Assembly (NCBI GenBank): GCA_963693365.1
Contig: CAVNZM010000013.1
Coordinates: 1,079,817-1,143,816 of the forward strand
Direction of reading: 5' to 3'
Length of the DNA: 64,000 bases
Source: Amoebidium appalachense
Taxonomy: Eukaryota; Protista; Ichthyosporea
Part shown: positions 18,288 to 29,344 of the stretch, in pieces
Numbering within the stretch: position 1 is the first letter of the stretch
Layout of the letters: each line of letters begins with the position of its first letter
Position numbers and translations under genes: made by a program
The notes under the pieces: generated by a model
What the model was told of the DNA's origin: nothing
Databases searched by the model: none
The model's input: the letters and a program-made list of their open reading frames with translations, nothing else

Positions 18288-18903
18288 GGAGGAGGGGGGA
18301 GGGGGGAGGGGGGGGAGGGGGAGGAGGGAAGGGGGAAGGATCTCTTGAGGGAAAGGTTAAAGGTAAAAACAACAACAAAAAGAGCAAAGTGAAGGAAGTA
18401 ACGGCCAAGCAACAAAAGGTGCGTCAGAGGGTGGGAGCTTGGGAAAAGGGAAGCCTGGGGCAAAAAAAAAAAAAAGGAGGAGAGGGGGTTTGAGGGCGGG
18501 AGGTGAGGGAGGGGGGGGGGGGGGGGGGGGGGGGGTTGGAGGGGTTGGGGGGTGGAGGGGGGGGGGGGGGGTTGCATACCTCTGGACGTCCTATCTCCTC
18601 TCCCACCACCACCACCATATAGTCATCATACACGACAAACATCCTCTGCCCCGTCTTCGTCTCTTTCTTCACCTGCTTCACAGCGGAGCCAATGAGCCCC
18701 TCCTTCTTCGCAGTTCCATCTGCCTTGGTGTCCACCTCATACACAAGGCCATTCCCGGCTGCCATCAGCTTGGATGGATCAAGGTTCTCGCCTATCTTGT
18801 AGTCTTTCCAGTCTGACTTGGTGAAATTGTCAAGAGTGTTCAGGTCTCGTGCCTGTTGGAGAGCCGTCTTGATCAGACGGATGATTGTCAGTACCATGGG
18901 CAT
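16900..18903 (-). CDS. Hypothetical protein, probably 3 exons (~18903-18580, ~18148-18062, ~17544-16900), with a Pro/Gln/Tyr/Gly-rich tail
   Basis: Non-repetitive coding segments MPMVLTIIRL...EEIGRPE | FTLSLYASREHH...CKPRE | NEIDCLFSS...GYRRPPQ* are joined by phase-0 GT-AG introns. The tail has two PTPSAPEG repeats. Confidence 0.65.
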
Positions 18904-19900
18904 CTTCGCGAGTGTGCGTGTGCGTGTGCGTGTGTGTGCGTGCGTGTGTTCTATAAAGCCTGTGTTCAAGGTTGTGCTTGTGTGTTCAGAAGGGCCGGCA
19001 GAAGGCTTTTTTCGGTGTCTTGTGCTTTGCCTGTGTGCGAGGGGTGAAAAACTTGTCATGTCAAAAAAAGTTTTATCACCAGTGCTGATGCTAATTTGGT
19101 GAGCCATGTCGAGCAGCGATTGGCCACCTACAGGAACCATTGGAAGAGAAGAATGCAACATAACTATCATAAATGCATAATGATTGGTCTAAATCTATCG
19201 CTGGTTTAAACATTGGAATGATAAGATCATACCTTCGCATGACGCAAATATGTAGTCACTCTGAGTGCTGACTGAGTGCTGTCTCCCTGCGGCCTACAAC
19301 TAAGCCTACAACGTTACATACCTTGTATGTTGCCACAGGCGACAGTCACTAGACAAAGTTTGATCGCGCGTAATCGGATCTGGTTTTACGAGCGGCAATT
19401 GGTTCAAAATGACGTAAAACCCAGCCTACTAGTAATGCCACGTTCTGCCGAGCTTTGGCTTAACGTCGAAGCGAGACGAGAATTTTCTGGAAGGTGCTGT
19501 GTGCGTGTGTGCCAGTGTTGGAGGGAGGGCAACAATTTAAAGGAAAAAAAGGACTGTTCGGATCTTTTTTTCTCTCTGGCTGTATCCTGCCTCCCCCCCC
19601 CCCCCCCCCCCCTTTTTTCCTTTCTTTCTCTCCTCCCCCCCCCCCCCCCCCCCCCCTTTCACTTCTCCCTCCACTCCCGGCCTTCAAAGTTTTCTGTCTT
19701 CCTCGCTTCTCCTCAGCGTCGTTCTTCTCTGTCCCCCTCCCCTGCCTCCCTCCCTCCCTCTGCCTCCCCATCTATTCCCCTTTCCTTCTCCCTCCCCCTC
19801 TTCCCCTTTCTCCTTTCCTCCCCCCCCCCCCCCCCCCCCCCCCCCTTTTTTTTTTGTATGTATATACGTGTTTGGCTGGCCCTAAATTTACCCATAAATG

Positions 19901-20039
<139 letters not shown>

Positions 20040-20376
20040 GTGTGTACAGCAGATGGGAAACAAACATTTTCCAAAAACGTACTTCAATTGGGGGGGAGGG
20101 GGGAGGGGAGGGGGAGGGTTATTTCTCTAGGCTAAGCCCTTTTTTTTGGGTTAGTAACTGCCTTTTGGGGGGGGGGGGGATATATGGCTGGGGGGGAGGT
20201 GCATGTGGGTGGGTGGGGGGGGGGGGGGGAGGGGGGGAAGGGGGGGGGAAGGAAAAGGGGAGGACAGTGGTTGCTTGCAGTGGGAGGTTTTTTTTTGGAT
20301 ATAAAAGGTGCGTGTGTGGGTGGGTGGGTACGTGCGTGCGTGCGTGCGTGTACATATGCGTGCGGGGGAGGTTGTT

Positions 20377-20408
<32 letters not shown>

Positions 20409-21691
20409 GGGGGGGGGGGGGGGGGGGATGGTAATTTGATGTACGGCCTTTTTTTTTCCAGTTTATTTGTTGGCGAAATGAATTGTTTTGGGGGGCTGCC
20501 CATTTGTTCAGTAATGCAAAATATGTTTACTATATTTATATACTATTTATTTTTATATGTCGAGTTGGATATAACATCTAGTACACACGGTCGAGGAAGT
20601 ATTTATGGCGATCGATTCGGTGCACGTTGGGGACTCATTGCATGATCGGTTAGCATGTTTACGGCGATCGCTGATTGGTGAGCGCAAGACGCCTGACTTT
20701 CCGCAAACCAGGGTGCGCTGTAAGTCTGGAAACCCATCACAATCAGAGGAACCACTACATTCACCAATGGAATTACCGCGGCATCATCCTTTGCGGCTCC
20801 CGCCAAATCTGACCACCCGCGAACCAAAGGCTTCAAGTTGGCACGTGATCGGCAACTTATCAGGGCTGAGCCCGGGCCATCACACGATCACCAATGGTCG
20901 GGCCAGGTTTTTGTCTGGATCTCACTCACTCACTCACAAATCCCGACTGGGGCTGTGGAATGAGAACTGCTAAGCTTCGCTTCTCCGTTGACTCTAGAAA
21001 TAAGACATGACTCCGCCTACCCAAGCTTTTTTAATTTCATGTGATTTAAATTTTTCTTTAAATTGTTGAGCGTTCCGATTGGTCATTACATATTAAGCTA
21101 TCTGATTGGTCATTACACTGGCAGCCATCAGGACCCCGCCAGAGACGTCCCGCTGCGTCGTAGGCCGCCCCGGCCACTTACGTAAGCCAGCGGGTACAAA
21201 GCCTTGGAGACTAGCAAATATGCATCTGTATTGCTGTGGAATGCTCTGTGACCCACCTGCCAGTGAGTGCATATGGTGAACTTGGCACATAGGCTGTCAT
21301 ACGCATGGCTGTCGTATGCAAAGCTATATTTTACACGAGTATAAATTTGTGTATAATATTGTCGTTACTCACGTATTTTTCAATCAATGGTAGCTTATAT
21401 TGAATTGCGAGTTTTAATATACAAGCTTACATAAGTGTTGTATCGCAGCGGCTTCTTCCTCAGGCACGCTTCACGATTTCCTTTGTACTGACGTTGCACG
21501 ATCTGGTGGGGGTATTTTGGAGTCAAGAAATTCAATGGGTGACATAATATACTAATCCGTGAGTCAGCAGATCATCCTAAGTCAACGATCAAGATCGGGG
21601 GGGGGGGGGTGTTGGAAGTAGAGTCCGCTGTGACTAGGGTCGTCGTGGCGCGCTTGGGCGCTGACCCGTTTTTTACTGCTTTCAGTGTGTT

Positions 21692-21769
21692 AACTCCATG
21701 ACTGAACTCCATGACTGAACTCCATGACTGAACTCCATGACTGAACTCCATGACTGAACTCCATGTCTG
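21692..21769. repeat. 13-bp tandem array (AACTCCATGACTG)x6 within TRIM LTR; second copy at 30789-30866
   Basis: Counted directly: 5 perfect + 1 variant units in this LTR, 4 perfect + 2 variant units in the other. Confidence 0.95.
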
Positions 21770-22770
21770 CACCTGGCAGAGACGTGGCTTATATACCCGT
21801 GGGGCAGCAGTCTGGAATGTAATCCGGATGCCAGGCGCTAATCGGATTGGTTACTTTCATTTAGATATCTCTGGGACCAGTGAACCAATCGTTTGCAGTC
21901 AAAACACAATTGGCAACATTCCTCAACTATGCAGATGTGCATGTGGTGATCGAGTGTCAGCATGTGTCTATTGACATATACTAATCCGTCTCAGCAGATT
22001 AGCCTAAGTCTACGATCGAGATCGGGGGGGGGGGGGGGGGGGGGGTGGCCCGGGTCCACAGATCATCAAGATCAAGTCCGGGGCCTCAAGATAGCTGTAC
22101 AGCTGCGTGCATCTTGCCTCTGCCGGCGCAGGGCATTGGACCACGTCAGCCGGGACAGCCGTCCAATAGAATTCTAATTAGTGTGTAGGATAGATCGTAG
22201 GAGGACTTAGGAATGTCATTGTTCGGGCAGAAGCCCTTTTGTAAGGATTGGCAAGGTTTGATAGTATATGTTGCCAAACGTATTTATATATTTAGATGTA
22301 GAGGAAAGGGGGGAGGGAGGGGGGGAGGATAGTATGAAATGTAGATTTAGACTCTGCGGTGCCACTAGGGGGAGGGTGAGGGGTGAGACTTGGATAAATA
22401 TATTAGTTGAGTAGATCGACTTAGCTCGTGCAGGCGCACGATAAAAGTAGATCGGAATGTTAATGGAATGTGGCATCGTAGGGGGCCAGGTGATGATGAT
22501 CTTGTAGGGCACGGCCTTGATGGCCTCAGTCGTAACTTAGACTCAATCCGTACGGATCTAAGTTTGCCCGTCGGAGCCTGGTCTTAATAAACTTTACCGT
22601 TTTTCTGTACACGTTCGTTCCTTTTCGTGTGTGTACACTTAGTAGAGTGCCGCGTCTCTAGTACACATACATTAGGATACGACAAGCTACACCTTTCTTT
22701 TAGTGCGGTTTTTCGCGCTAGGGTAACGCGGTGACAGTTCCTTCTGGGCTGTTGCTACACCTCAAACACA

Positions 22771-22810
<40 letters not shown>

Positions 22811-22848
22811 ATAAACACAACCACACGAGTTAGGGCACACACCACACA

Positions 22849-24184
22849 ATGGCTAAGTTTAACGTAGACATGTTCTACGCATTGGCAGCGGAGGATAGCT
22901 CCCTGCACACACAGGTACCACAGGTTCATACACTAGACGTTAGACAGACCACAGCTTTCAGTTTTACACTCAAACACGACTCGGAAATCCCTAGGTGGCT
23001 TAGGACACTCCTAGCTAACACACCCACACTAGTGTTAGACACAAAGAAGGCCCCCACTGTGGCGGCCTCGTGCTTAATGATCAAACAGTGCATCGACCAC
23101 AAAACAATGGCCGACTTATGCACCCTGATGGAGGAGCACCCGTACCGGGCCGAGCAGGCCCCCCAGGTGACGGCTCGTATATACGAGCAGCAGTACGACG
23201 AGGGGAGGGACGAGATGGTGTCCCGGACACTCGGCCAGAAACGTCTGGCCGCACGGTTCATCCCCGACGACGAGGACGAGAACAGCACCGACGACGTGGA
23301 CGGGGGAGCTCGAGGCCTTCACACGGCCGGAAAACGAGCTCGAGTATACGGCCCGGCTCGTCGGCCGATACCTGACGGCCGACCGGCGCCGTACCTTCCG
23401 GGCCCAGCTCAGAGAATGGAAGTATACCTTTCCCACACTAGATATGTCCCCCGTAGAAGCTCGTGCATTCTTTGAGAGGGAATATCGGGTCTTTGAGGAC
23501 CTTTGTGAGTTAGCTGGTGACGTGAGTGATAGGGAAAAATTCGAGTTTGCTCGTAAGGCTCTCTCTGTAAACACAGACACTGCACGCATGTTTGGGGAGC
23601 ATGATGATGTAGATGAGGTGGTGTTGCATGTTAAACGTCACTTGCTTGCCATGCACGAGGTGAAGTTCAATAAGAGGGATAAAAAGGAGGTGATGGAAGT
23701 AGACAAGAAAAAGAAGGAGAGTGGACAGAAGGGGGAAAAAGAGAAAAAAGAGGGTGAACAGCCAGATGCACTCACCATGTTGGTCAAGCAGGTTGCCGAG
23801 CTCTCCCAGGCCGTCTTTTCTGGCCGAGGGGGCTTCGGCTTCCGAGGTGGCCGTGGCGGCGACCGGGGTGGACACGGCGGTCGTGGCCGAGGTGGACGTG
23901 GAGGACAACAGCAGCAGTTCACCGAGAGGTTTGCCCCTTATCTTGCTCGTGGTGGTGGGCAGGGTAGAGGGAGGGGTGGAAATGGTGGTGAGAGAGGCCG
24001 AGGGGGGCAGGGGGGAAGGGGGGGCCGTGGTGCACACGGTGGGCCCCCCCAGCATGACCGGGCTCCCGGTTATGCTTTGCGCCAAGGTTTTGAAGTCCCC
24101 CCTGGCCCCTTCTTTGGTGCATGTTACTTTTGTGGCCGGCAAGGGCACTCTGCTGCATATTGCCGTAGTTACAAGAGCTATTGA
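22849..24184 (+). CDS. gag: Gag with RGG-rich region and CCHC zinc knuckle (one extra G at 23302-23306 splits it into two ORFs)
   Basis: CYFCGRQGHSAAYC knuckle. Removing one G, as in copy B (GAC GGT GAG CTC), gives a continuous frame DGELEAFTRP...TLDMSPVEAR. Confidence 0.88.
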
Positions 24185-24425
24185 GTTCCGGGGGAGGGGG
24201 AAGCTGGGGTCACTGAGGGAGGGGGGGGGACAGTATCGGTCCCCCCCAGGTTGCAGAGAACCTTCACCCTCCCCCACCCCAGGTTAAGCTTCCCTTTGCC
24301 CCCTCACCGCCCCGATACGTGTGGGAGCCGGGCATCGTCGTGGGTCCTCAAGACAGCGTCGAGGTGGTATGGCATGAATGTTTGTGGGGTGACTCTACCA
24401 AAGGTATGAATGGTGTGAATGTTTT

Positions 24426-25712
24426 GTGGTTGGGGGAGGTTCCCCAGCCACAAGTGGATGGTCTCAGTGTTTCTTGTCCCAACCCGGTGTTTGTTCTAAC
24501 CACACCGGAGGGGGTTTCTGTGCCATTGTTTCCGGGAGGGGGGGGGGGACACACACGAGTAAAGGGGGAAGGGGGGGGAAGGCACAGACACATAGAAACA
24601 CACCACCACAACAACATACGACGGTTGCAGACACACCTACACCCACACACACACCCACACATACACCACACACACACACACCACCCACCCACACATCACA
24701 CACACACACTCCACCACCACCCACATCACATACACACCCCACCCCACCCGTGCAGGCACCACAGGTAGGTATGTTGCACGTAGGTATCGAGGGTGTGAGT
24801 CTTCGTGGGCAGGGATTGGGAGTGAGTGATGATGTGTTGCTTGAATTGGAGGAGGATTTAGTTGGTTTTAGCCGGCATTATATAGACGTATGGTTAGCTG
24901 ATGGTAAGTTGAAGGCTGTTGCTTTGCTCGATGGAGGGGCTCAGGTTAATTGTGTGCATGCTTCGTTTATTCGTCGTTTTAATCAGGCCGGGGGGGAAAT
25001 TCCTATATTAGATGCTTCTAGCACAGCCTTAGGTAGTGCTAATAATAGTAGTATGTCTGTGGAAGGTGTTTGTGTGTTGCCGTGTGAGATAGGTGGCCAG
25101 GCTATGCATATTGCTTGTTATGTGGTTAAGGATTTAGCTCAAAGTGTTTTGTTGGGAGCCCCATTTTTCCGTAGACATGTGAATGCTTTGTTTGAACGTA
25201 CGAATGTTTTAGAATTGCAGTCCGGCGTTAAAATTAAAACCCATGATGGGCTCGACGGTTATCAGTCTGGTGCTAGAACGGTAGCTGAAGTAGTAATCGA
25301 GCCTTATCAGTGCCAAACGGTACGTGTCCGGGCCGGCAATCATGTTAGGATAGGGGATTTAGGGGTTTTTACTCCGAAAACCCCATTTCAGGAGGTGGCC
25401 CAATGGACCCTTAGTAGGGTATGGCCGGATAAGACAATAGAAATAGAATTAGTGAATCCGGGCATCGAGCCTATAGTGATTAGGTCAGGTGTTTCCGTCG
25501 GTAGTTTCACTAATGAGATTGGTAGTATAGAGGTCTCTCTTATTACCCAAAAGGAGGATGCCGGCTCGAAGGGTGACTCAGGAGGAGGGGGAACAACTTT
25601 ATTTAACGTTAGCCACCAAAATGTCACCCGACACGATGGGGGGGGGGGACCGGGACAGCACCGGTCCCACTCCCCCGACCCCCAAGAGGAAGGAGGGTCA
25701 CCCCGGGTGTGA
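24426..25712 (+). CDS. pol: Pol: aspartic protease region
   Basis: ALLDGGAQVNCV active-site motif and VLLGAPFF motif, followed by the beta-rich linker common between PR and RT in gypsy elements. Confidence 0.85.
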   Translation: MVGGGSPATSGWSQCFLSQPGVCSNHTGGGFCAIVSGRGGGTHTSKGGRGGKAQTHRNTPPQQHTTVADTPTPTHTPTHTPHTHTPPTHTSHTHTPPPPTSHTHPTPPVQAPQVGMLHVGIEGVSLRGQGLGVSDDVLLELEEDLVGFSRHYIDVWLADGKLKAVALLDGGAQVNCVHASFIRRFNQAGGEIPILDASSTALGSANNSSMSVEGVCVLPCEIGGQAMHIACYVVKDLAQSVLLGAPFFRRHVNALFERTNVLELQSGVKIKTHDGLDGYQSGARTVAEVVIEPYQCQTVRVRAGNHVRIGDLGVFTPKTPFQEVAQWTLSRVWPDKTIEIELVNPGIEPIVIRSGVSVGSFTNEIGSIEVSLITQKEDAGSKGDSGGGGTTLFNVSHQNVTRHDGGGGPGQHRSHSPDPQEEGGSPRV

Positions 25713-27525
25713 GAATGTGCAGGCAAGGGGGGAGGGTGTTGGTCTAACCCGTGGATCTGACGGGTTAACCAACACCGTGGGGGGCAGGGTGGCCACAGAC
25801 CTGGCCCCCCACATACATGCACTAACTCATCAGGAATTGCCCGGGGGCATTGGTGTGCCGGGGGGAGGGGGGGGTGCTAAGGGTGACCGCCTATATCCGG
25901 AGGTACCTCAACCTCACCCCGAGCAGCACCGATGTAATACAGGAGGTGAAATGTTAAGTGGCACTCCGGTGAATAAGGATGCATCCACTTGTGATGGGGG
26001 TAACCCGGAGTTAGTATTGCCGTTTGGTATGAAGGAGGGGGATTGGACGGTAGAACAGAAAAAATTGCTAGCTAAGTTATTTGATAGGACTCGGTTTGCA
26101 TTTCTGGCCGATGATAACGAAGTAGGCTTCGTTAAAGGGTTTGAAATGCAGATCGACACAGGTGATAATAGGCCGGTAGTGATGCCTAGCTATAGAATGG
26201 AGCAGTATAAATTGTCGGATGCGCTAATAATAGTGAGTGATATGTTAAAAAAGGGTCATGTGGAGCATAGTTCGAGTCCGTGGAGAAGTCCGGTGCTATT
26301 GGTTAAGAAGCCCGACGGGTCTTGGCGCCTAGTGAACGATTACAGGGCTCTGAATCGGATCACTAAGGCAGACCAATGGCCTCTCCCTAACATAGACGAG
26401 CAGCTTTCACAGCTGCACGGCTATACTCACTTTGCTAAACTTGATTTAAAAGCAGCTTTTTGGCAGATAAGGTTGGAGGAGAGCAGCAAGGAGAAGACTG
26501 CCTTTGCACTGGGTGACCAGCTGTTCCAGTACAAGGTGGTGCCGATGGGTTTGCTCTCCTCTCCAGCTATGTTGTGCCGGGTAATGTATAAAATTCTCCA
26601 CCCTCATTTGGATGTATGCCACCCTTATTTGGATGATGTTTTAATTAAAGGTAGGTCATTTGAGGAGTTAGTTAATAATTGTGAAAAAGTATTTTTAGCT
26701 TTGGGTGAGTCTGGTCTTCGTATTAGCGGTAGCAAGACTGTGATTGGTGTGCCGGAGGTTAAGTTTTTAGGTCATATTGTGTCTAGTAATGGTCTTTCCC
26801 CTGATCCGGAGAAAATCCGGGCCATAGTTGAGTGGCCCCGTCCTCAGACTGTCACTCAACTAAGGCAATTTTTAGGTTTAACTAATTATCTTCGTCGTTA
26901 TATTAAGGACTATAGTATGCTTGCTTTGCCGTTAACTAGTCAGACGGGGGGGGAGAAGAAGAATAGAATAGATTGGAATGTTGATGCTGTTTCTGCTTTC
27001 GAAAAGCTTAAGTTAGCTTTGCAGTCTTCGAGTATGCTTGTTCATCCTGATTTTTCGGCCGGGGGGGGGATGTTTAAAGTTCGGTGCGATGCAAGTAAGG
27101 TTGCTGAGGGGGCCGTGTTATATCAAGTGCAGGAGGGGCAGGATAGAGTGATTGCTTATGCTAGTCGTTCATTTAGTAAAAGTGAACGTAGATATAGCAA
27201 TCCGGAGAGAGAGTCCCATGCTATCTTTTGGGCAGTCTCACAGGCATGGAGGTATATACTCGCAGGCAGGACGTTTGAGGTCTACACCGACCACAAGCCC
27301 TGCCTAGCCATGGCCGGCACCACTCGTCTGGTCAACGAGAGGATGCAGAAGTGGGCCGCGGCTCTCGGTGAGTTCTCCTATAAATTGTTTTATGCCAAGG
27401 GTGAAACAATGGTCGACTGTGATGCTCTCTCTCGTGCTGCTTATATTTTGTTTGAAGAAGAGAAGGAGGGGGAGGGGGGGATAGTGAGAGACGGGGGGGG
27501 GAGGGGGGGAAGGGGGGGCGAGTGA
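25558..27525 (+). CDS. pol: Pol: reverse transcriptase and RNase H
   Basis: SPWRSPVLLVKKPDGSWRLVNDYRALN, LDLKAAFWQI, PMGL, YLDD, CDAS, YTDHKP motifs. Confidence 0.96.
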   Translation: MPARRVTQEEGEQLYLTLATKMSPDTMGGGDRDSTGPTPPTPKRKEGHPGCENVQARGEGVGLTRGSDGLTNTVGGRVATDLAPHIHALTHQELPGGIGVPGGGGGAKGDRLYPEVPQPHPEQHRCNTGGEMLSGTPVNKDASTCDGGNPELVLPFGMKEGDWTVEQKKLLAKLFDRTRFAFLADDNEVGFVKGFEMQIDTGDNRPVVMPSYRMEQYKLSDALIIVSDMLKKGHVEHSSSPWRSPVLLVKKPDGSWRLVNDYRALNRITKADQWPLPNIDEQLSQLHGYTHFAKLDLKAAFWQIRLEESSKEKTAFALGDQLFQYKVVPMGLLSSPAMLCRVMYKILHPHLDVCHPYLDDVLIKGRSFEELVNNCEKVFLALGESGLRISGSKTVIGVPEVKFLGHIVSSNGLSPDPEKIRAIVEWPRPQTVTQLRQFLGLTNYLRRYIKDYSMLALPLTSQTGGEKKNRIDWNVDAVSAFEKLKLALQSSSMLVHPDFSAGGGMFKVRCDASKVAEGAVLYQVQEGQDRVIAYASRSFSKSERRYSNPERESHAIFWAVSQAWRYILAGRTFEVYTDHKPCLAMAGTTRLVNERMQKWAAALGEFSYKLFYAKGETMVDCDALSRAAYILFEEEKEGEGGIVRDGGGRGGRGGE

Positions 27526-27544
27526 GCAGAAAGGAATAGATGCT

Positions 27545-29344
27545 GTGTCTGTGGATGTGTCTTCTTGGGTTCCGGGGTTGCTTGCTTATAAGTGTAGGAG
27601 AGGGGGGGGGAGGTATTTGTCGGTGTCTGAGGTCGGGACCGAGTCTCATGGCTCGGCCCCTGCCTTAGCACCTACGGCTTTGATCTTAGCTCAGGAGGAA
27701 GATGTGTTGATTGGTCTGGTTAAGAATTATTTAAAGGGGCCGGTTGATTCGATTAAATTTACAAATAAAAGGCAGATGATTAAGGTAGCTAAGTTAGCAA
27801 AAATGTGTCAGGTAGAGCAGGATTTAGTTTATCATTGTTCTGGGCCAGACGGACACCGAGTTTGGGTCCCGACGGCACTTGTGCCTGAGGTTTTGCATAT
27901 GGTGCATGAGCATCCCATGGCTGGTCATTTAGGTGTAAATAGGACGTTGCTTCGTGTTAATCGTTCGTATTTTTGGCCGGGTATGAGTAGGGAGGTGAGG
28001 GATTATGTGTTGTCATGCATGCATTGTCAGGAAAGGAATGAGAGTCCCCACTCTCGTTCCCGCCCGTCGTTTATTAGGGATTTTAATGTTCGTATGTTTG
28101 AAAGGGTAGCAGTGGATGTGGTCGGTCCTTTTAATTTTACGGTTGAGGGTAACACTGTTCTTGTTACCGTCACCGATGTGGCCACTCGTTGGGTTGAAGT
28201 TTTTCCTCTCCCCACTGCTAATGCCGTTTTGTTTGCTCGTATTTTTGTGGATGAAATTTGTCTTAGGTTTGGTTGTCCTCGTGTTTTGTTAACGGATAGG
28301 AGTCGTGTGTTTTTAAATCAGTTGGTGTCGGAGGTGTGTAAAATTTTAAGGGTAGCTCATATCACTACGTCTGCATATCACCCTCAAGCAAATGCCATCT
28401 CTGAACGTGTGCATGCAGTGTTTCAGAAGTCCTTTGGCAAAATGGTGGATGTGGAGGCTAATGATTGGGATCATATGTCTAGGTTTATTGCTCATTCATA
28501 TAATTCTACCCCTCATGCTGTGACTGGTTTTTCTCCGTTTTATTTGGTCTATGGGCAGGAGGCTATTAGTTTGTTAGATACGGCACTTTTGCCGATGGGG
28601 GGGGCTGACCGACTAACTTATCCCCACTGGACTGAGTTCCGGGAGCAGCTACTAACCCGGGCCCGGGCTGCACGTGATGCAGCTCTGGCCCGTACACAGC
28701 AGGCACAGGCACGTACAGACGTGTCCACACGTCCGTTACGTGAATTTGCCGAGGGTACTTTAGTTTTAATTAGGGATCATACTAGGAAGAAGAGATATAA
28801 GCAGGAGCAGGAAGGTAAGGGTGAAGGTGAAGGTCTTCGTAAGTATGGTAAGAAATGGTTGCCTCTTTTTATCGGTCCGTATAAAATAGTGGCTAGGTTA
28901 GGTCCGACGGAATATAAGGTGCAGAGGTTAGATAATGAGAGTGATGTTAGATTTTATAATGTAGATGATATAAAGGAATATTATGATAGGGCCCTTAGGG
29001 TTAAACGGCCGGAGGGCCGTCGAGTGTTAGATGCATTCACCCCCGACTATGACGGGTCGGTGGATGTATCGGAGGCTGCAGTAGATAAAATTATGGATAA
29101 AAAGGTTATCGAAGGTAAGGAAGGTAAGGTAAATTATTATTTAATTCGTTTTGAGGGAGGTTATCAGGAAGATCAGTGGTTGCCTGAGTTTCATTTGGAT
29201 TGCCCGTTTTCTATTCGTGCTTATGAGGCTAGATTAGTGCAGAGGGAGTTGCCTAGTGCTCCCTCTCGGCCAAAGAGAGTTATTCCTCAGTTTAATCGTG
29301 GTGTGAAAAAGTCGGTGGGGGGAGGGGGCCGGGGGGGGGAGTGA
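27545..29344 (+). CDS. pol: Pol: integrase with GPY/F motif and C-terminal chromodomain
   Basis: HHCC (HEHPMAGH...CMHC), VAVDVVGP, LTDRS, YHPQANAISER, FIGPYKIV, and chromodomain VDKIMDKK...YYLIRFEGGYQEDQWLPEFHLD. Confidence 0.95.
   Translation: MSVDVSSWVPGLLAYKCRRGGGRYLSVSEVGTESHGSAPALAPTALILAQEEDVLIGLVKNYLKGPVDSIKFTNKRQMIKVAKLAKMCQVEQDLVYHCSGPDGHRVWVPTALVPEVLHMVHEHPMAGHLGVNRTLLRVNRSYFWPGMSREVRDYVLSCMHCQERNESPHSRSRPSFIRDFNVRMFERVAVDVVGPFNFTVEGNTVLVTVTDVATRWVEVFPLPTANAVLFARIFVDEICLRFGCPRVLLTDRSRVFLNQLVSEVCKILRVAHITTSAYHPQANAISERVHAVFQKSFGKMVDVEANDWDHMSRFIAHSYNSTPHAVTGFSPFYLVYGQEAISLLDTALLPMGGADRLTYPHWTEFREQLLTRARAARDAALARTQQAQARTDVSTRPLREFAEGTLVLIRDHTRKKRYKQEQEGKGEGEGLRKYGKKWLPLFIGPYKIVARLGPTEYKVQRLDNESDVRFYNVDDIKEYYDRALRVKRPEGRRVLDAFTPDYDGSVDVSEAAVDKIMDKKVIEGKEGKVNYYLIRFEGGYQEDQWLPEFHLDCPFSIRAYEARLVQRELPSAPSRPKRVIPQFNRGVKKSVGGGGRGGE

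Noticed and set aside
24404-24764. Spliceosomal intron in the gypsy (AAG|GTATGA ... CAG) removing the CA-rich stretch
   Set aside because: Phase-compatible as assembled, but it still needs the gag stop bypassed, and the intervening sequence reads as protein conserved in copy B. G-run indels are the simpler explanation. Not fully excluded without RNA-seq.
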